The notes: a model not told the origin generated them from the letters alone. A stretch of DNA of 64,000 nucleotides from an uncultured Acidobacteriota bacterium (GCA_963700145.1 OY969474.1:4736001-4800000), one strand, 5' to 3'. Shown: positions 25,536 through 37,165, counted from the stretch's first letter. Translations and numbers: made by a program.

Positions 25536-28499
25536 ATGAAGGCGATCTGCGCTGCCCTCACTTCTCTCCTCGCGCTGCTCGCAGCGCTCCCGGCCGCGGC
25601 GCAGCCCGCCTGCGCCGCCGAGCAGGCGCGGCCGCTGCTGCCGGCCGATCCGGCGCTCTGCGAGCGGCTGGCGCCGGTGGTGCGGCGGCCCGGTGCGCTG
25701 CCGCTCGCCGAGTACGAGGAGAAGCTGGGCGACTTCCTCCGCGCCTTCTGCCACCGCGACGCGGCGAAGGGATGGAAGCGCGACAAGGGGGTGCGCGACA
25801 CCGGGCCCTTCACCGCCGCGCTGGCCGACGGGAAGTGGACGGGCACCTACCGCGGCACGCACGCGCCGGTCGTCGTCTGGTACTCGCAGGAGATGGTGGA
25901 CTGGATGCGGGCCAACCGCCCGGTCGACGGGCGCGCGGCGCCGGCCGCGCCGGCGCCGGTCCCGGACGGGGCGGTGATGGTCAAGGAGATGTTCCCGGCG
26001 CCGGGCGCGGCGTGCGCCGGCGTCGATCCGCTGCGCCTGTTGCCGACGAGCGGCGCCGCGGTGATGGTGCGCGACCGGCAGGCCTCGCAGGACGGCTGGT
26101 TCTGGGGCTGGTTCGGCTGGAGCGGCTGGACGCCCGACTGGCCGCCCGACGCCACCAACCGCTACCCCTTCATGGGCTTCGGGCAGTACTGCGTCAACTG
26201 CCACGCCTCGGCGCGCGACGAGCTCACCTTCGCCAGCCTGACCAACGTCGAGGGGGAGCCGGGGGAGCCGCTGGTCTTCCTGTCGCAGCACTTCTTCGAT
26301 CCGGGGCCGGTCGCCAGCCACCACCGCGAGATCGCGCTCCCCACCGACGACGCACCGCGCCTCGGCCAGCCGCACTACCTCTACCGCAGCTCGATCACCG
26401 GCGCGTTCCCCGCCGGCGGCCTGCCGCGGCCGAGCTGGGAGACGGTGGTGCCGCTCCCCTCGCAGACCTACGACGAGGTGTGGGTGAAATCCGGCGCTGT
26501 CACCGCGGCGAGCGAGTTCGTGACCTCGTCGCAGTGCCTAGGCTGCCACGACGCGGGGGCCACCGGCCTGCAGTTCGACATGACGGAGCCCAACCCGCAC
26601 GGCAACAACCTCCTGAACCTCTCCCCCTACGCCACCTGGCGCACCTCGCCGATGGGGCTCGGCGGCCGCGACCCGGTTTTCTACGCCCAGCTCGCGAGCG
26701 AGACCGAGACCTTCCATCCCGAGGCCTCCGAGACGCTCCAGGGGGTCTGCTTCGGCTGCCACGGCGTGGCGGGACAGCGGCAGTTCGAGATCGACCACGG
26801 CGCCGGCGGCGGCGAGAGCGGCGAGGAGTGCGAGCCCTTCCTGCGCCGGACCGCGAGCGCCGTCCCCTGGCCGCCCGACAACCCGCTGGCGGCGCTGGCG
26901 CCCTACGGCGCGCTCGCCCGCGACGGCATCAACTGCGGCTCCTGCCACCACATGCTGGCCGGCGACGGGCCCGAGCACCCCGCCCTGATGCGGCCGGAGA
27001 ACCGCTGCGTCAAGGAGCGGCAGGACTTCCTGAACCCGCACAACACGGGCTTCGCCAAGACCTTCACCGGCAGCTTCCTGGTCGGGCCGCCGGACGAGCT
27101 GAACGGGCAATTCGCCGAGCCCAGGACGAAGCCGATGGAGGGGGCGCTGGGGATCAAGCCGCTGCACACCACGGCCATCCAGAGCTCCGAGCTCTGCGGC
27201 AGCTGCCACACGGTCCACCTGCCGGTCATGGCCAAGGGCGGCAAGGTCGTCGGCCACGTCTACGAGCAGGCGACCTACCCGGAGTGGGCGTTCAGCGCCT
27301 ACCGCACCGGCACGACGCCGCAGGGGAAGCTCCCGGGTGGCGCCGGCGCGCGCGCCGAGTCCTGCCAGAGCTGCCACATGCCGAGCAAGGACGCCGCCGG
27401 CCGCCCCTACCGCAGCAAGATCGCCGGCATCCAGGAGCACAGCAACTTCCCGCAGGCGGAGCACGCGCTGGGGCCGGAGGAGATCGACCTGCCGGTGCGC
27501 GAGGGCTTCGCCCGCCACACCCTCGTCGGGCTCAACCTCTTCTTCGTCAAGATGGCGCAGCAGTTCCCCGACGTCCTGGGGATCCGCACGCAGGACCCGA
27601 TGCTGGTCAGCCGCGGGCTCGACCCGCTCCTCTTCACCGAGCAGGCGATGCTCGACCAGGCGTCGAACGACACGGCGAAGATCGCCGTCGAGAAGGTCGC
27701 GACGAAGGGCGGCAAGCTCGCGGCGACGGTGCGGGTGACGAGCGACGTCGGCCATCGCTTCCCCTCGGGCGTGGGCTTCCGCCGCGCCTTCCTGGAGTTC
27801 GCGGTGCTGGACGGCAGCGGCAACGTCCTCTGGGCTTCGGGGCGCACCAACGGCGCCGGGGTGATCGTCGACGAGCGGGGTCAGCCGGTGGCGGGGGAGC
27901 TGTGGTGGCAGGACGACTGCTCGGCGCGGCTGCATCCGGACGAGCTGGTCTACCAGCCGCACCACCAGGTGATCCGCCGCCAGGACCAGGCGCAGATCTA
28001 CCAGGAACTGGTGAGCTCGCCGCCGCCGGTCGAGGACCCGAAGTGCGGGCTCGACGTGCCCATCCGGCCGCCGCTGACCACGAGCTTCCTCTCGATCTGC
28101 GGCCGGGTGAAGGACAACCGCATCCTCCCCGATGGCCTCCTGCCGCTCGCCGAGCGCAAGCGCATCGCCCGCGCCCTCGGCGCCGGCGACGACCTGGCGC
28201 GCGAAATCGAGGCCTTCAACGTCGGCGGCGATCCCGACTACGTCCGCGGCGGCGGCGACACGCTGGTCTACGAGGTGGACCTGGGAGAGATCGCCGGCAC
28301 CCCCGCCGCCGTCCAGGCGACGCTCTACTACCAGGCGATCCCCCCCTTCTACCTCCAGGACCGCTTCTGCACCTCGAAGAGCGAGGACACCCAGCGTCTC
28401 TACTTCCTGACCGGCCACCTCAACCTCGACGGCACCGCCGCCGCGGAGTGGAAGTTCGAGGTCGTGACCACCGGGCCGGTGGCTGTGGGAAAATCGTAG
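25536..28499 (+). CDS. Large secreted hexaheme cytochrome c with N-terminal cytochrome P460-like domain
   Basis: Signal peptide; PDGAVMVKE..VMVRD..GWFW..CVNCH; then CLGCH, CFGCH, CGSCH, CGSCH, CQSCH; GHRFPSG C-terminal domain. Confidence 0.85.
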   Translation: MKAICAALTSLLALLAALPAAAQPACAAEQARPLLPADPALCERLAPVVRRPGALPLAEYEEKLGDFLRAFCHRDAAKGWKRDKGVRDTGPFTAALADGKWTGTYRGTHAPVVVWYSQEMVDWMRANRPVDGRAAPAAPAPVPDGAVMVKEMFPAPGAACAGVDPLRLLPTSGAAVMVRDRQASQDGWFWGWFGWSGWTPDWPPDATNRYPFMGFGQYCVNCHASARDELTFASLTNVEGEPGEPLVFLSQHFFDPGPVASHHREIALPTDDAPRLGQPHYLYRSSITGAFPAGGLPRPSWETVVPLPSQTYDEVWVKSGAVTAASEFVTSSQCLGCHDAGATGLQFDMTEPNPHGNNLLNLSPYATWRTSPMGLGGRDPVFYAQLASETETFHPEASETLQGVCFGCHGVAGQRQFEIDHGAGGGESGEECEPFLRRTASAVPWPPDNPLAALAPYGALARDGINCGSCHHMLAGDGPEHPALMRPENRCVKERQDFLNPHNTGFAKTFTGSFLVGPPDELNGQFAEPRTKPMEGALGIKPLHTTAIQSSELCGSCHTVHLPVMAKGGKVVGHVYEQATYPEWAFSAYRTGTTPQGKLPGGAGARAESCQSCHMPSKDAAGRPYRSKIAGIQEHSNFPQAEHALGPEEIDLPVREGFARHTLVGLNLFFVKMAQQFPDVLGIRTQDPMLVSRGLDPLLFTEQAMLDQASNDTAKIAVEKVATKGGKLAATVRVTSDVGHRFPSGVGFRRAFLEFAVLDGSGNVLWASGRTNGAGVIVDERGQPVAGELWWQDDCSARLHPDELVYQPHHQVIRRQDQAQIYQELVSSPPPVEDPKCGLDVPIRPPLTTSFLSICGRVKDNRILPDGLLPLAERKRIARALGAGDDLAREIEAFNVGGDPDYVRGGGDTLVYEVDLGEIAGTPAAVQATLYYQAIPPFYLQDRFCTSKSEDTQRLYFLTGHLNLDGTAAAEWKFEVVTTGPVAVGKS

Positions 28500-28501
28500 G
28501 C

Positions 28502-28948
28502 GTGGCGACCCTCTTCGACGAACGGACGCGCGCCGGGGTGCACGCGCGGATCGACCGGCTGGAGGCGACGCGCGCGGGGCTCTGGGGGAAGATGAACGCG
28601 CCGCAGATGGTCTGCCACGCCGCCGATCAGCTGCGGGTGGCGCTGGGCGAGATCCCGACGCGGGCGCGGCCCAACTTCCTGCGCTTCCGGCCGCTGCGCC
28701 AGGTCCTCGTCTACTGGCTCCCCTGGCCGAAGGGGAAGGTGCCGACGGTGCGCGAGATGCTGACCTCGCAGCCGACGAGCTGGGACGGCGACCTCCAGAC
28801 GCTCCACGGCCTCGTCGACCGCTTCGCCGACTGCCGCCCCGAAGGGGAGTGGGCCCCGCACCCCGCCTTCGGCCCGATCGGCGGCCGCGAGTGGGGGCGC
28901 CTCTGCTACAAGCACCTCGACCACCACCTGCGGCAGTTCGCCGCCTAG
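28502..28948 (+). CDS. DUF1569 / DinB-superfamily protein
   Basis: WGKMNAPQMVCH, HPAFG, KHLDHHLRQF. Confidence 0.85.
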   Translation: MATLFDERTRAGVHARIDRLEATRAGLWGKMNAPQMVCHAADQLRVALGEIPTRARPNFLRFRPLRQVLVYWLPWPKGKVPTVREMLTSQPTSWDGDLQTLHGLVDRFADCRPEGEWAPHPAFGPIGGREWGRLCYKHLDHHLRQFAA

Positions 28949-28975
28949 ACTCCCCGTTCTCGCGAGGTCTCCCCG

Positions 28976-30295
28976 ATGTTCGACGGTCTCCAGGGCAAGC
29001 TCCAGGAAGTGTTCCGAAACCTGCGCGGCGAGGGGAGGGTCTCCCCCGAGGCGCTGCAGGCGGCGCTGCGGCAGATCCGGCTGGCCCTCCTCGAGGCCGA
29101 CGTCCACGTGCGCGTCGTCAAGCCGTTCCTCGAGCGGGTGCGCGAGCGGGCCGAGGGGCAGGAGGTGCTGGAGAGCCTGACGCCGGCGCAGCAGGTGGTG
29201 AAGATCGTCCGCGACGAGCTGCAGGCGCTGCTCGGCGAGGAGGGCGCCGAGCTGAAACTCACCGGCCGCCCGGCGGTCGTCCTCCTCTGCGGCCTCCAGG
29301 GCTCGGGCAAGACGACCACCGCCGGCAAGCTCGCCCGCCGCCTGGCCAAGCGCGGCAAGTACCCGCTGCTGGTCGCCGCCGACCTCCAGCGCGCCGCCGC
29401 CGTCGAGCAGCTCAAGCAGGTGGGCAAAGGGGTCGAGGTGCCGGTCCTCGAGCCCTCGCCGGGGGAGGGTGTGCTCGACCTCGCCACCCGCGCCCTGGCT
29501 GTCGCCCGCCAGCGCGGCCACGATGTCCTCCTCGTGGACACCGCCGGCCGGCTGCACGTCGACGCCGAGCTGATGGACGAGCTGCGGCGGCTGGCCGAGA
29601 AGCTCCAGCCGGAGGAGACCCTCTTCGTCGCCGACTCGATGACCGGCCAGGACGCGGTCAAGAGCGCCGAGCAGTTCGCCGCCGCGCTGCCGCTGACCGG
29701 CGTCGTCCTGACCAAGCTCGACGGCGACTCGCGCGGCGGCGCGGCGCTCTCGATCCGCACCGTGGCGCGGGTGCCGATCCGCTTCGCCGGCGTCGGCGAG
29801 AAGGCGGACGACCTCGAGCTCTTCGCCCCCGAGCGCATGGCCTCGCGGATGATCGGCATGGGGGACGTGCTGTCGCTCATCGAGCGCGCCGAGAAGGGGC
29901 TCGACGCCGCCGAGACCGAGCGTCTCGCCCAGCGTTTCGCGCGCCAGGAGTTCACCCTCGAAGACCTGCGCGACCAGCTCCGCCAGCTGCGGCGGATGGG
30001 GCCGCTCGCCTCGGTCCTCGAGATGCTGCCCAAGGCGGGCCCGCTGCGCGGCCTCGACGCCGCGCAGGTGGACGAGAAGGGGCTGGTGCGGGTCGAGGCG
30101 ATCGTCAACTCGATGACCCCGCTGGAGCGCCGTCGCCCGGACGTCTTGAACGGCAGCCGCAAGAAGCGCATCGCCCAGGGCTCCGGCACCTCGGTCCAGG
30201 AGATCAACCGCCTCCTCAAGCAGTATCTCCAGATGAAGAAGATGATGAAGGGGGTCAAGGGGAAGTGGCTGCGCCGGGCGATGACCGGGATGTAG
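28976..30295 (+). CDS. ffh: Signal recognition particle protein
   Basis: GLQGSGKTTT, DTAGR, TKLDGDSRGG, Met-rich C-terminus. Confidence 0.97.
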   Translation: MFDGLQGKLQEVFRNLRGEGRVSPEALQAALRQIRLALLEADVHVRVVKPFLERVRERAEGQEVLESLTPAQQVVKIVRDELQALLGEEGAELKLTGRPAVVLLCGLQGSGKTTTAGKLARRLAKRGKYPLLVAADLQRAAAVEQLKQVGKGVEVPVLEPSPGEGVLDLATRALAVARQRGHDVLLVDTAGRLHVDAELMDELRRLAEKLQPEETLFVADSMTGQDAVKSAEQFAAALPLTGVVLTKLDGDSRGGAALSIRTVARVPIRFAGVGEKADDLELFAPERMASRMIGMGDVLSLIERAEKGLDAAETERLAQRFARQEFTLEDLRDQLRQLRRMGPLASVLEMLPKAGPLRGLDAAQVDEKGLVRVEAIVNSMTPLERRRPDVLNGSRKKRIAQGSGTSVQEINRLLKQYLQMKKMMKGVKGKWLRRAMTGM

Positions 30296-30309
30296 GCCCC
30301 AGGGGCCTG

Positions 30310-30318
30310 TGCTACACT
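30310..30318 (+). promoter_or_regulatory. Extended -10 promoter TGCTACACT for the rpsP operon
   Basis: TGn-TAnnnT pattern 70 bp upstream of rpsP; GGAGG RBS downstream. Confidence 0.5.
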
Positions 30319-30387
30319 CGCCCGTCTTTGCGCGGGGCCCTTTTCCTGCTCGCGCTTTAGAACCAAAGACTTGGAGGTCCTGAAACG

Positions 30388-30627
30388 ATGGTGAAGATTC
30401 GGCTCCGCCGGATGGGGGCGCGCAACGCTCCGTTCTACCGGGTGGTGGTCTCCGACTCGCGCCGGGCGCCTACCGCCTCAGCGGTGGAGGAGATCGGCTG
30501 GTACGACCCCACCAAGCAGCCCGCGCAGGTCAAGATCGACGCCGGCCGCGTCGACTACTGGCTCGGCCACGGCGCGCAGCTCTCGCCCACGGTCAAGAAG
30601 CTGCTCGCCCAGCAGAAGAGTGCCTGA
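30388..30627 (+). CDS. rpsP: 30S ribosomal protein S16
   Basis: [26 protein letters not shown]; synteny. Confidence 0.97.
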   Translation: MVKIRLRRMGARNAPFYRVVVSDSRRAPTASAVEEIGWYDPTKQPAQVKIDAGRVDYWLGHGAQLSPTVKKLLAQQKSA

Positions 30628-30880
30628 CGTCCGCGTCCCCGACGTCGAGACGGCCGTCCGCGAGCTGGTCGCCCTGCTCGTGGACCGGCCGGAGGCGGTC
30701 GAGGTGACCGCCCTGCCCGAAGGGCGCGGGGTGGTCGTCCTGGAGCTGCGGGTCGCGCCCGAGGACCTGGGCAAGGTCATCGGGCGGCAGGGGCGGACCG
30801 CCCACGCCTTGCGCACCCTCCTCGACGCGCGGGGGACCCGCCGCGGCGTCGACTATGAGCTCGAGATCCTCGAAGACTGA
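30620..30880 (+). CDS. khpA: KH-domain RNA-binding protein
   Basis: [13 protein letters not shown]; between rpsP and rimM. Confidence 0.92.
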   Translation: MPDVRVPDVETAVRELVALLVDRPEAVEVTALPEGRGVVVLELRVAPEDLGKVIGRQGRTAHALRTLLDARGTRRGVDYELEILED

Positions 30881-31451
30881 CCGCGGCCAGGCGCGGGCGG
30901 ACCTTCCCGAGAGGGTAACGGTGGGGCGGGTGCTCAGGCCCCACGGCCTGCGCGGCGACGTGGTCGTGGAGGTGCTCTCGGACGTGCCGGAGCGGCTCGC
31001 TGCCGGCAGCCGCCTCGCGGCGGTGGCGGACACGGAGGCGCCCGCGGCCGCCGGTAAGGCCGCGATCGAGCTCGAAGTCGCCGCCAGTCGCGCCCACAAC
31101 GCCGGGCGCCTCCTCCGCTTCGCCGGCCGCGACGACCGCGACGCGGTCGAAGAGCTGCGGGGCCTCTGGCTGACGGTCGAGCGCGCCGCGGTGCCGGCGC
31201 CGCCGGCCGGCACCTACTACCACTACCAGCTCGTCGGCTGCCGGGTGCGCGACGCCGAGGCGGGGGAGCTGGGCGAGGTGGTGGATCTGGTCGAGGACGG
31301 CGGCGGCCTCCTCCTGCTGGTCTCGGACGGCGCGCGGCAGGTGCCGGTGCCGTTCGTCGCCAGCTTCCTGGCCGAGGTGGACGTGGCGAGCGGGCGGATC
31401 GAGCTCGCGCTGCCGCCGGGGTTCCTTGAAGCGTGCGCGTCCAAGTCCTGA
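30855..31451 (+). CDS. rimM: Ribosome maturation factor RimM
   Basis: GRVLRPHGLRG, YYHYQLVG, VPFV; synteny. Confidence 0.92.
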   Translation: MSSRSSKTDRGQARADLPERVTVGRVLRPHGLRGDVVVEVLSDVPERLAAGSRLAAVADTEAPAAAGKAAIELEVAASRAHNAGRLLRFAGRDDRDAVEELRGLWLTVERAAVPAPPAGTYYHYQLVGCRVRDAEAGELGEVVDLVEDGGGLLLLVSDGARQVPVPFVASFLAEVDVASGRIELALPPGFLEACASKS

Positions 31452-32167
31452 CGATCTTCCCCGAGCTCTTCGCGCCGTTCCTGGCGACGAGCCTGGTGGG
31501 GCGGGCGGTCCAGAAGGGGCTCCTGGAGGTGGCGGTCCACGACCTCCGCGACTGGACCGAGGACCGGCACCGCAGCGTCGACGACGAGCCCTACGGCGGC
31601 GGCGGCGGGATGGTGATGACCGCGCCACCCTGGCTGCGTGCCGTCGGCGCGCTGGCGGCGGGGCGGGCCCCCTGGCGGGTGCTGCTCTCGCCGCAGGGCA
31701 AGCGCCTGGACGAGGAGGGGGTGCGGCGGCTCGCCGCCCGCGACGACCTCCTCCTCCTCTGCGGGCGCTACGAGGGGATCGACGAGCGGGTGCGCCGGCT
31801 GGCGGTGGACGAGGAGGTGTCGATCGGCGACTACGTCCTCTCGGGGGGCGAGCTGCCGGCGATGGTGCTGATCGAGGCGCTGTCGCGCCAGGTGCCGGGG
31901 GTTGTCGGGCGGGAGGAGTCGGTCGAGCGGGACAGCTTCCGCGCCGGCCTCCTCGACCACCCGCACTACACCCGGCCGCCGGAGGTCGCGGAGCTGGCGG
32001 TGCCGCCGGTGCTGCTCTCCGGCGACCACGCGGCGATCGCGCGCTGGCGGCGGCGGGAGGCGCTGCGCGCCACCTGGGAGAAGCGGCCCGACCTGCTGGC
32101 GGGGATCGAGCTGACGGCCGAGGAGCGGCGGGAGATCGGGCGCTGGGAGTGGGAAGGGGGCCGCTGA
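31433..32167 (+). CDS. trmD: tRNA (guanine-N1)-methyltransferase
   Basis: VDDEPYGGGGGMV, CGRYEGIDER, SIGDYVLSGGE, PHYTRP. Confidence 0.97.
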   Translation: MRVQVLTIFPELFAPFLATSLVGRAVQKGLLEVAVHDLRDWTEDRHRSVDDEPYGGGGGMVMTAPPWLRAVGALAAGRAPWRVLLSPQGKRLDEEGVRRLAARDDLLLLCGRYEGIDERVRRLAVDEEVSIGDYVLSGGELPAMVLIEALSRQVPGVVGREESVERDSFRAGLLDHPHYTRPPEVAELAVPPVLLSGDHAAIARWRRREALRATWEKRPDLLAGIELTAEERREIGRWEWEGGR

Positions 32168-32267
32168 CGCCGACTTGGCGGCCGCGAGCCTTGCATCGCT
32201 GTAACCGATAGAGAATAATCGATGATCCGTCACGCCGAGCGCGTCAAGGATCGATAGGGGAACGGGT

Positions 32268-32639
32268 ATGAACGAGCTGCAACACGTCGAAAGCGCCTAC
32301 CTGCACAAAGAGCAGCCCGACTTCCGGCCGGGGGACACGGTCCGGGTGCACGTGCGCGTCGTGGAAGGGGACAAGGAACGCATCCAGGTCTTCCAGGGGA
32401 TCGTCATCGGCCGCCGCGGCGACGGCACGCGCGAGACCTTCACCGTGCGCAAGATCTCGGGCGGCGTCGGGGTCGAGCGGATCTTCCCGCTCCACTCGCC
32501 GTCGATCGACCGCATCGACCTCATCCGCCGCGGCAAGGTGCGCCGCGCCAAGCTCTACTACCTGCGCGAGCTGCGCGGCAAGGCGGCACGCATCGAAGAG
32601 CGGCGCGACGAGCGGCGGGACGAGCCGAAGCCGGCCTGA
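32268..32639 (+). CDS. rplS: 50S ribosomal protein L19
   Basis: [35 protein letters not shown]. Confidence 0.97.
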   Translation: MNELQHVESAYLHKEQPDFRPGDTVRVHVRVVEGDKERIQVFQGIVIGRRGDGTRETFTVRKISGGVGVERIFPLHSPSIDRIDLIRRGKVRRAKLYYLRELRGKAARIEERRDERRDEPKPA

Positions 32640-32691
32640 ACCGGCGCGGCGGCGGGGAGGCACTGACCGAACAAAAGGGGGTGACCCGGCG

Positions 32692-33354
32692 GTGGCCGCG
32701 AGCATGCTGCAGCTCTTCGCCGAGGCGTACCGCCTCCGCCTGCTGCGCGGGCTCGAGGAGCTGCTGGCGGGCGGCGGCTACTGCCGCGTCGCCGGCGTGG
32801 ACGAGGCGGGGCGCGGCTCGTTGGCCGGGCCGGTGGTGGCGGCGGCGGTGCTCGCCGACTGCCGCAGCCTGGTCCCCGGGGTGGACGACAGCAAGCACCT
32901 GACCGCGCCGGAGCGCGAGCGGCTGGCCGACGCCATCCGCGGCAGCGCGATCGCCACCGCCGTCGTGGCGGTCCCCCCGGACGTCATCGACCGCATCAAC
33001 ATCCTGGAGGCCACCCGCCGCGCCATGCGCCGGGCGCTGGCCGACCTGCGTCCCGTCCCCGACTGCGCGGTGGTGGACGCCGTCCCCCTCCCCGGCGCCG
33101 GCTTCCCCTGCGTGCCGGTGGTGCGCGGCGACTCCGTCTGCTACGCCGTCGCCTGCGCCTCGATCCTCGCCAAAGTGGAGCGCGACCGCCTGATGCGGGA
33201 GCTCGACGTCGAGTACCCGCAGTACGGCTTCGCCGTGCACAAGGGCTACGGCGTCGCCGAGCACGTCGAGGCCCTCGTCGCCTACGGCCCCAGCCCCTGC
33301 CACCGCCTGACCTTCCACTCCGTCATGCCGCGCGTCGGCGACGAGGCCTACTGA
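32692..33354 (+). CDS. rnhB: Ribonuclease HII
   Basis: GVDEAGRG.LAGPV, DDSK, ASILAKV.RD, HKGY. Confidence 0.95.
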   Translation: MAASMLQLFAEAYRLRLLRGLEELLAGGGYCRVAGVDEAGRGSLAGPVVAAAVLADCRSLVPGVDDSKHLTAPERERLADAIRGSAIATAVVAVPPDVIDRINILEATRRAMRRALADLRPVPDCAVVDAVPLPGAGFPCVPVVRGDSVCYAVACASILAKVERDRLMRELDVEYPQYGFAVHKGYGVAEHVEALVAYGPSPCHRLTFHSVMPRVGDEAY

Positions 33355-33357
33355 GCC

Positions 33358-36024
33358 GTGGCCGTGAAGCGCGAGCAGGTCGTCCAGACCGCCGAGAAGT
33401 ACGTCTCGCGCGGCAAGATCGAGGCGGCGATCAAGGAGTACAAGAAGCTCCTCGCCGAGAACCCCAACGACATCAACACCCTCAACCGCGTCGGCGATCT
33501 TTACGCCCGCATCCAGCGCATCGACGAGGCGGTCGACTTCTTCAACCAGATCGCGGCGCAGTACACCGCCGAGGGCTTCTTCCCCAAGGCCACCGCGATC
33601 TACAAGAAGATCATCAAGCTCGACCCGACGCGGCTGGAGATCTACGAGAAGCTCGCCGAGCTCTACGGCCGCCAGGGGCTGGTCACCGAGGCGCGCGGCC
33701 AGTACCAGGTGCTGGCCGACTACTACCAGAAGCACGAGAACGCCGCCTCCGCCATCGCCATCTACCAGAAGATGGCGGCGCTCGAGCCCGAGAACCCGAC
33801 CTACCACGTCAAGCTGGCCGAGATCTACCAGGCGCAGCGGCTGAACGAAAAGGCGCTCGGCGAGTACCGGACGATCGCCGAGATGATGGTCGCCGCCGGC
33901 CACCCGCAGGAGGCGGCGCAGGTCTACGAGCGGGCCCTCGACCTCGACGCCACGAACATCTCCTTCATTACCGACGCGGTGCTCAAGCTGCGCGAGGCCG
34001 GCCAGGCCGCGGCGGCGGCGCACCTGCTGTCGGTGGCCGTCGAGCACAACCCGCAGGCCGAGCGGGTGGCGCGGCTGGTGGGGCTGGGGGAGCCCCCGCA
34101 CGCCGAGCCGGCGGCCCAGGCTTCGGCCGCCGCGGTCGAGGCGCCGCCCTCGGCCGCCGGGCCGGAAGCGCCGCCCGAAGCGCCTGACATTGAGCTGCCG
34201 CAGGAGTTCGCGCTCGAGCCGGAGCTGGCGGCCCCCCCGGCCCGGTCCGCGACGCCCGCGGCCCCGGTGCCCCCGGCCGCGGAGCCCGAGGAGTACGAGC
34301 TCGACCTCGACGACGCCTTCGTCCTCGACCTCGACGACGAGAGCACCCCCTCGAGTCTCGTGGCGCCGCCGCCCGACGTGCTGGAGACGAGCCGCCCCGC
34401 CTGGTCGCACGCCGCCGAGGCGGTCCAGCCCGCCGCGCCGCCGCCGGCGGCCCCACCCCCCCAGGCCGCGGCCCCTGCCGAGGAGGAAGCCCTCGAGGAT
34501 TCGGTCCTCGACTTCGACCTCGGCGTCCTGGAGGAGCTGGAGTCGCCGCCGCCGGCGCCGGCCGGCGCGCCCGCCGCCCCCGAGCTCGACGAGGAGGACC
34601 TGGGGGCGATCGACGCCTTCGAGCTGGAGCTCGAGCCGCTGCCGGAGCTGGAGGAGCTGGCGCCGCTGCCGGACATCCCCATGCCCCCCCCGCTGGCGGT
34701 GCCGCCGCCGGGCGCGCCGCTGGAGCTCAACCACGTTGTCTTGGAGCGCGCCGCCGACGAGGTCGCGCCGCCGCGCCCCAAGGAGCGGGACGAGGACCTG
34801 GTCACCGAGGCCGAGGTGCTGGCCAAGTACGGCCTCGAGGAGAAGGCTTTCGAGCGCCTGCGCCAGGCCCTCCGTCTCAACCCGCGGCACCTCGAAGCGC
34901 ACGCCGTGATGGTGCAGCTCCACCTGGAGAAGGGGCGGCACGCCAAGGTCGCGGAGCTGGCCCAGGAGATGGCGAAGGTCGCCGCCCGGGCGCGCAACGA
35001 CGAGCCCTGGCAGCGGGTGCGGCGGCGCCTCCTCGGGGCCGGCTTCACGGTGGAGGAGAACCGCGTGGTAGCGCCGCCGCCGCGCGCCGCGGCGCGCGAC
35101 AAGGAGATCGAGAAGCTCCTCAAGGGGCTGCTCGAAGTACCGGCGGCGAAGGCGAAGAAGGGGAAGCCGGCGCCGCCGGCGATCCCCGCGCCGACGCCGG
35201 AGCCCGCCGCGCCGCCGCCGCTGGCCGCCACGCCGCCTCCGGCGCCGCCGCAGGCTGCGCCGCCCTCTCTCCGCCGCACCGGCAAGATCGACCTGCGCGG
35301 CCTCGGGCAGGAGATCGCCGCCGAGGAGTTCGGCGACATCGAAGAGATGCTGGACGCGACACCGGGGAGCGTGCCGCTGGTGCCGCCCGAGGACCTCCTG
35401 CCGGCGCACCTCGACGACACCGGCATGAGCTGGCTGGAGGAGGCGGACAACCGGAAGCGCACCGGCGGCATCCCGTCCGGGCGCCTGTTCGCCGCCGAGG
35501 AGGAGTTCTTCGACCTCGCCGGCGAGCTGGAGGAGGAGCTGTCGCGCGAGGGGCTCGCCACCGGCGAGCTGTTGATCCAGCCGCGCGAGCAGTCGCTGGA
35601 GGAGATCGTCGAGGGGTTCAAGAAGGGGGTGGCGGAGAACCTCTCGGCGACCGACTACGAGACCCACTTCAACCTGGGCATCGCCTACCGCGAGATGGGG
35701 CTCCTCGACGAGGCGATCGGCGAGTTCCAGCTCGCCGCCAAGAGCCCGGCGCACCTGGTCTCCTGCTGCTCGATGCTCGGGCTCTGCTTCCTCGACAAGG
35801 GGCTCCCCGAGCTGGCGGTCAAGTGGTACCGGCGTGGCCTCCAGACCCCCGGCGTCGGCGAGGAGGACGCCGCCGGCCTGCTCTACGACCTCGGCAACGT
35901 GCAGATGGAGCTGGGGGAGAACGACGCGGCCTACCGCACCTTCGTCGAGCTCTACGGCATCAACACCAACTACCGCGACGTCGTGGCCAAGCTCGAGGAG
36001 CTCGGCCCCAGCCGCAGCTCCTGA
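33358..36024 (+). CDS. Large TPR protein with acidic Pro/Ala-rich linker
   Basis: N- and C-terminal TPR clusters (ETHFNLGIAYREMGLLDEAI) around a low-complexity acidic region. Confidence 0.85.
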   Translation: MAVKREQVVQTAEKYVSRGKIEAAIKEYKKLLAENPNDINTLNRVGDLYARIQRIDEAVDFFNQIAAQYTAEGFFPKATAIYKKIIKLDPTRLEIYEKLAELYGRQGLVTEARGQYQVLADYYQKHENAASAIAIYQKMAALEPENPTYHVKLAEIYQAQRLNEKALGEYRTIAEMMVAAGHPQEAAQVYERALDLDATNISFITDAVLKLREAGQAAAAAHLLSVAVEHNPQAERVARLVGLGEPPHAEPAAQASAAAVEAPPSAAGPEAPPEAPDIELPQEFALEPELAAPPARSATPAAPVPPAAEPEEYELDLDDAFVLDLDDESTPSSLVAPPPDVLETSRPAWSHAAEAVQPAAPPPAAPPPQAAAPAEEEALEDSVLDFDLGVLEELESPPPAPAGAPAAPELDEEDLGAIDAFELELEPLPELEELAPLPDIPMPPPLAVPPPGAPLELNHVVLERAADEVAPPRPKERDEDLVTEAEVLAKYGLEEKAFERLRQALRLNPRHLEAHAVMVQLHLEKGRHAKVAELAQEMAKVAARARNDEPWQRVRRRLLGAGFTVEENRVVAPPPRAAARDKEIEKLLKGLLEVPAAKAKKGKPAPPAIPAPTPEPAAPPPLAATPPPAPPQAAPPSLRRTGKIDLRGLGQEIAAEEFGDIEEMLDATPGSVPLVPPEDLLPAHLDDTGMSWLEEADNRKRTGGIPSGRLFAAEEEFFDLAGELEEELSREGLATGELLIQPREQSLEEIVEGFKKGVAENLSATDYETHFNLGIAYREMGLLDEAIGEFQLAAKSPAHLVSCCSMLGLCFLDKGLPELAVKWYRRGLQTPGVGEEDAAGLLYDLGNVQMELGENDAAYRTFVELYGINTNYRDVVAKLEELGPSRSS

Positions 36025-36025
36025 C

Positions 36026-37165
<1,140 letters not shown>

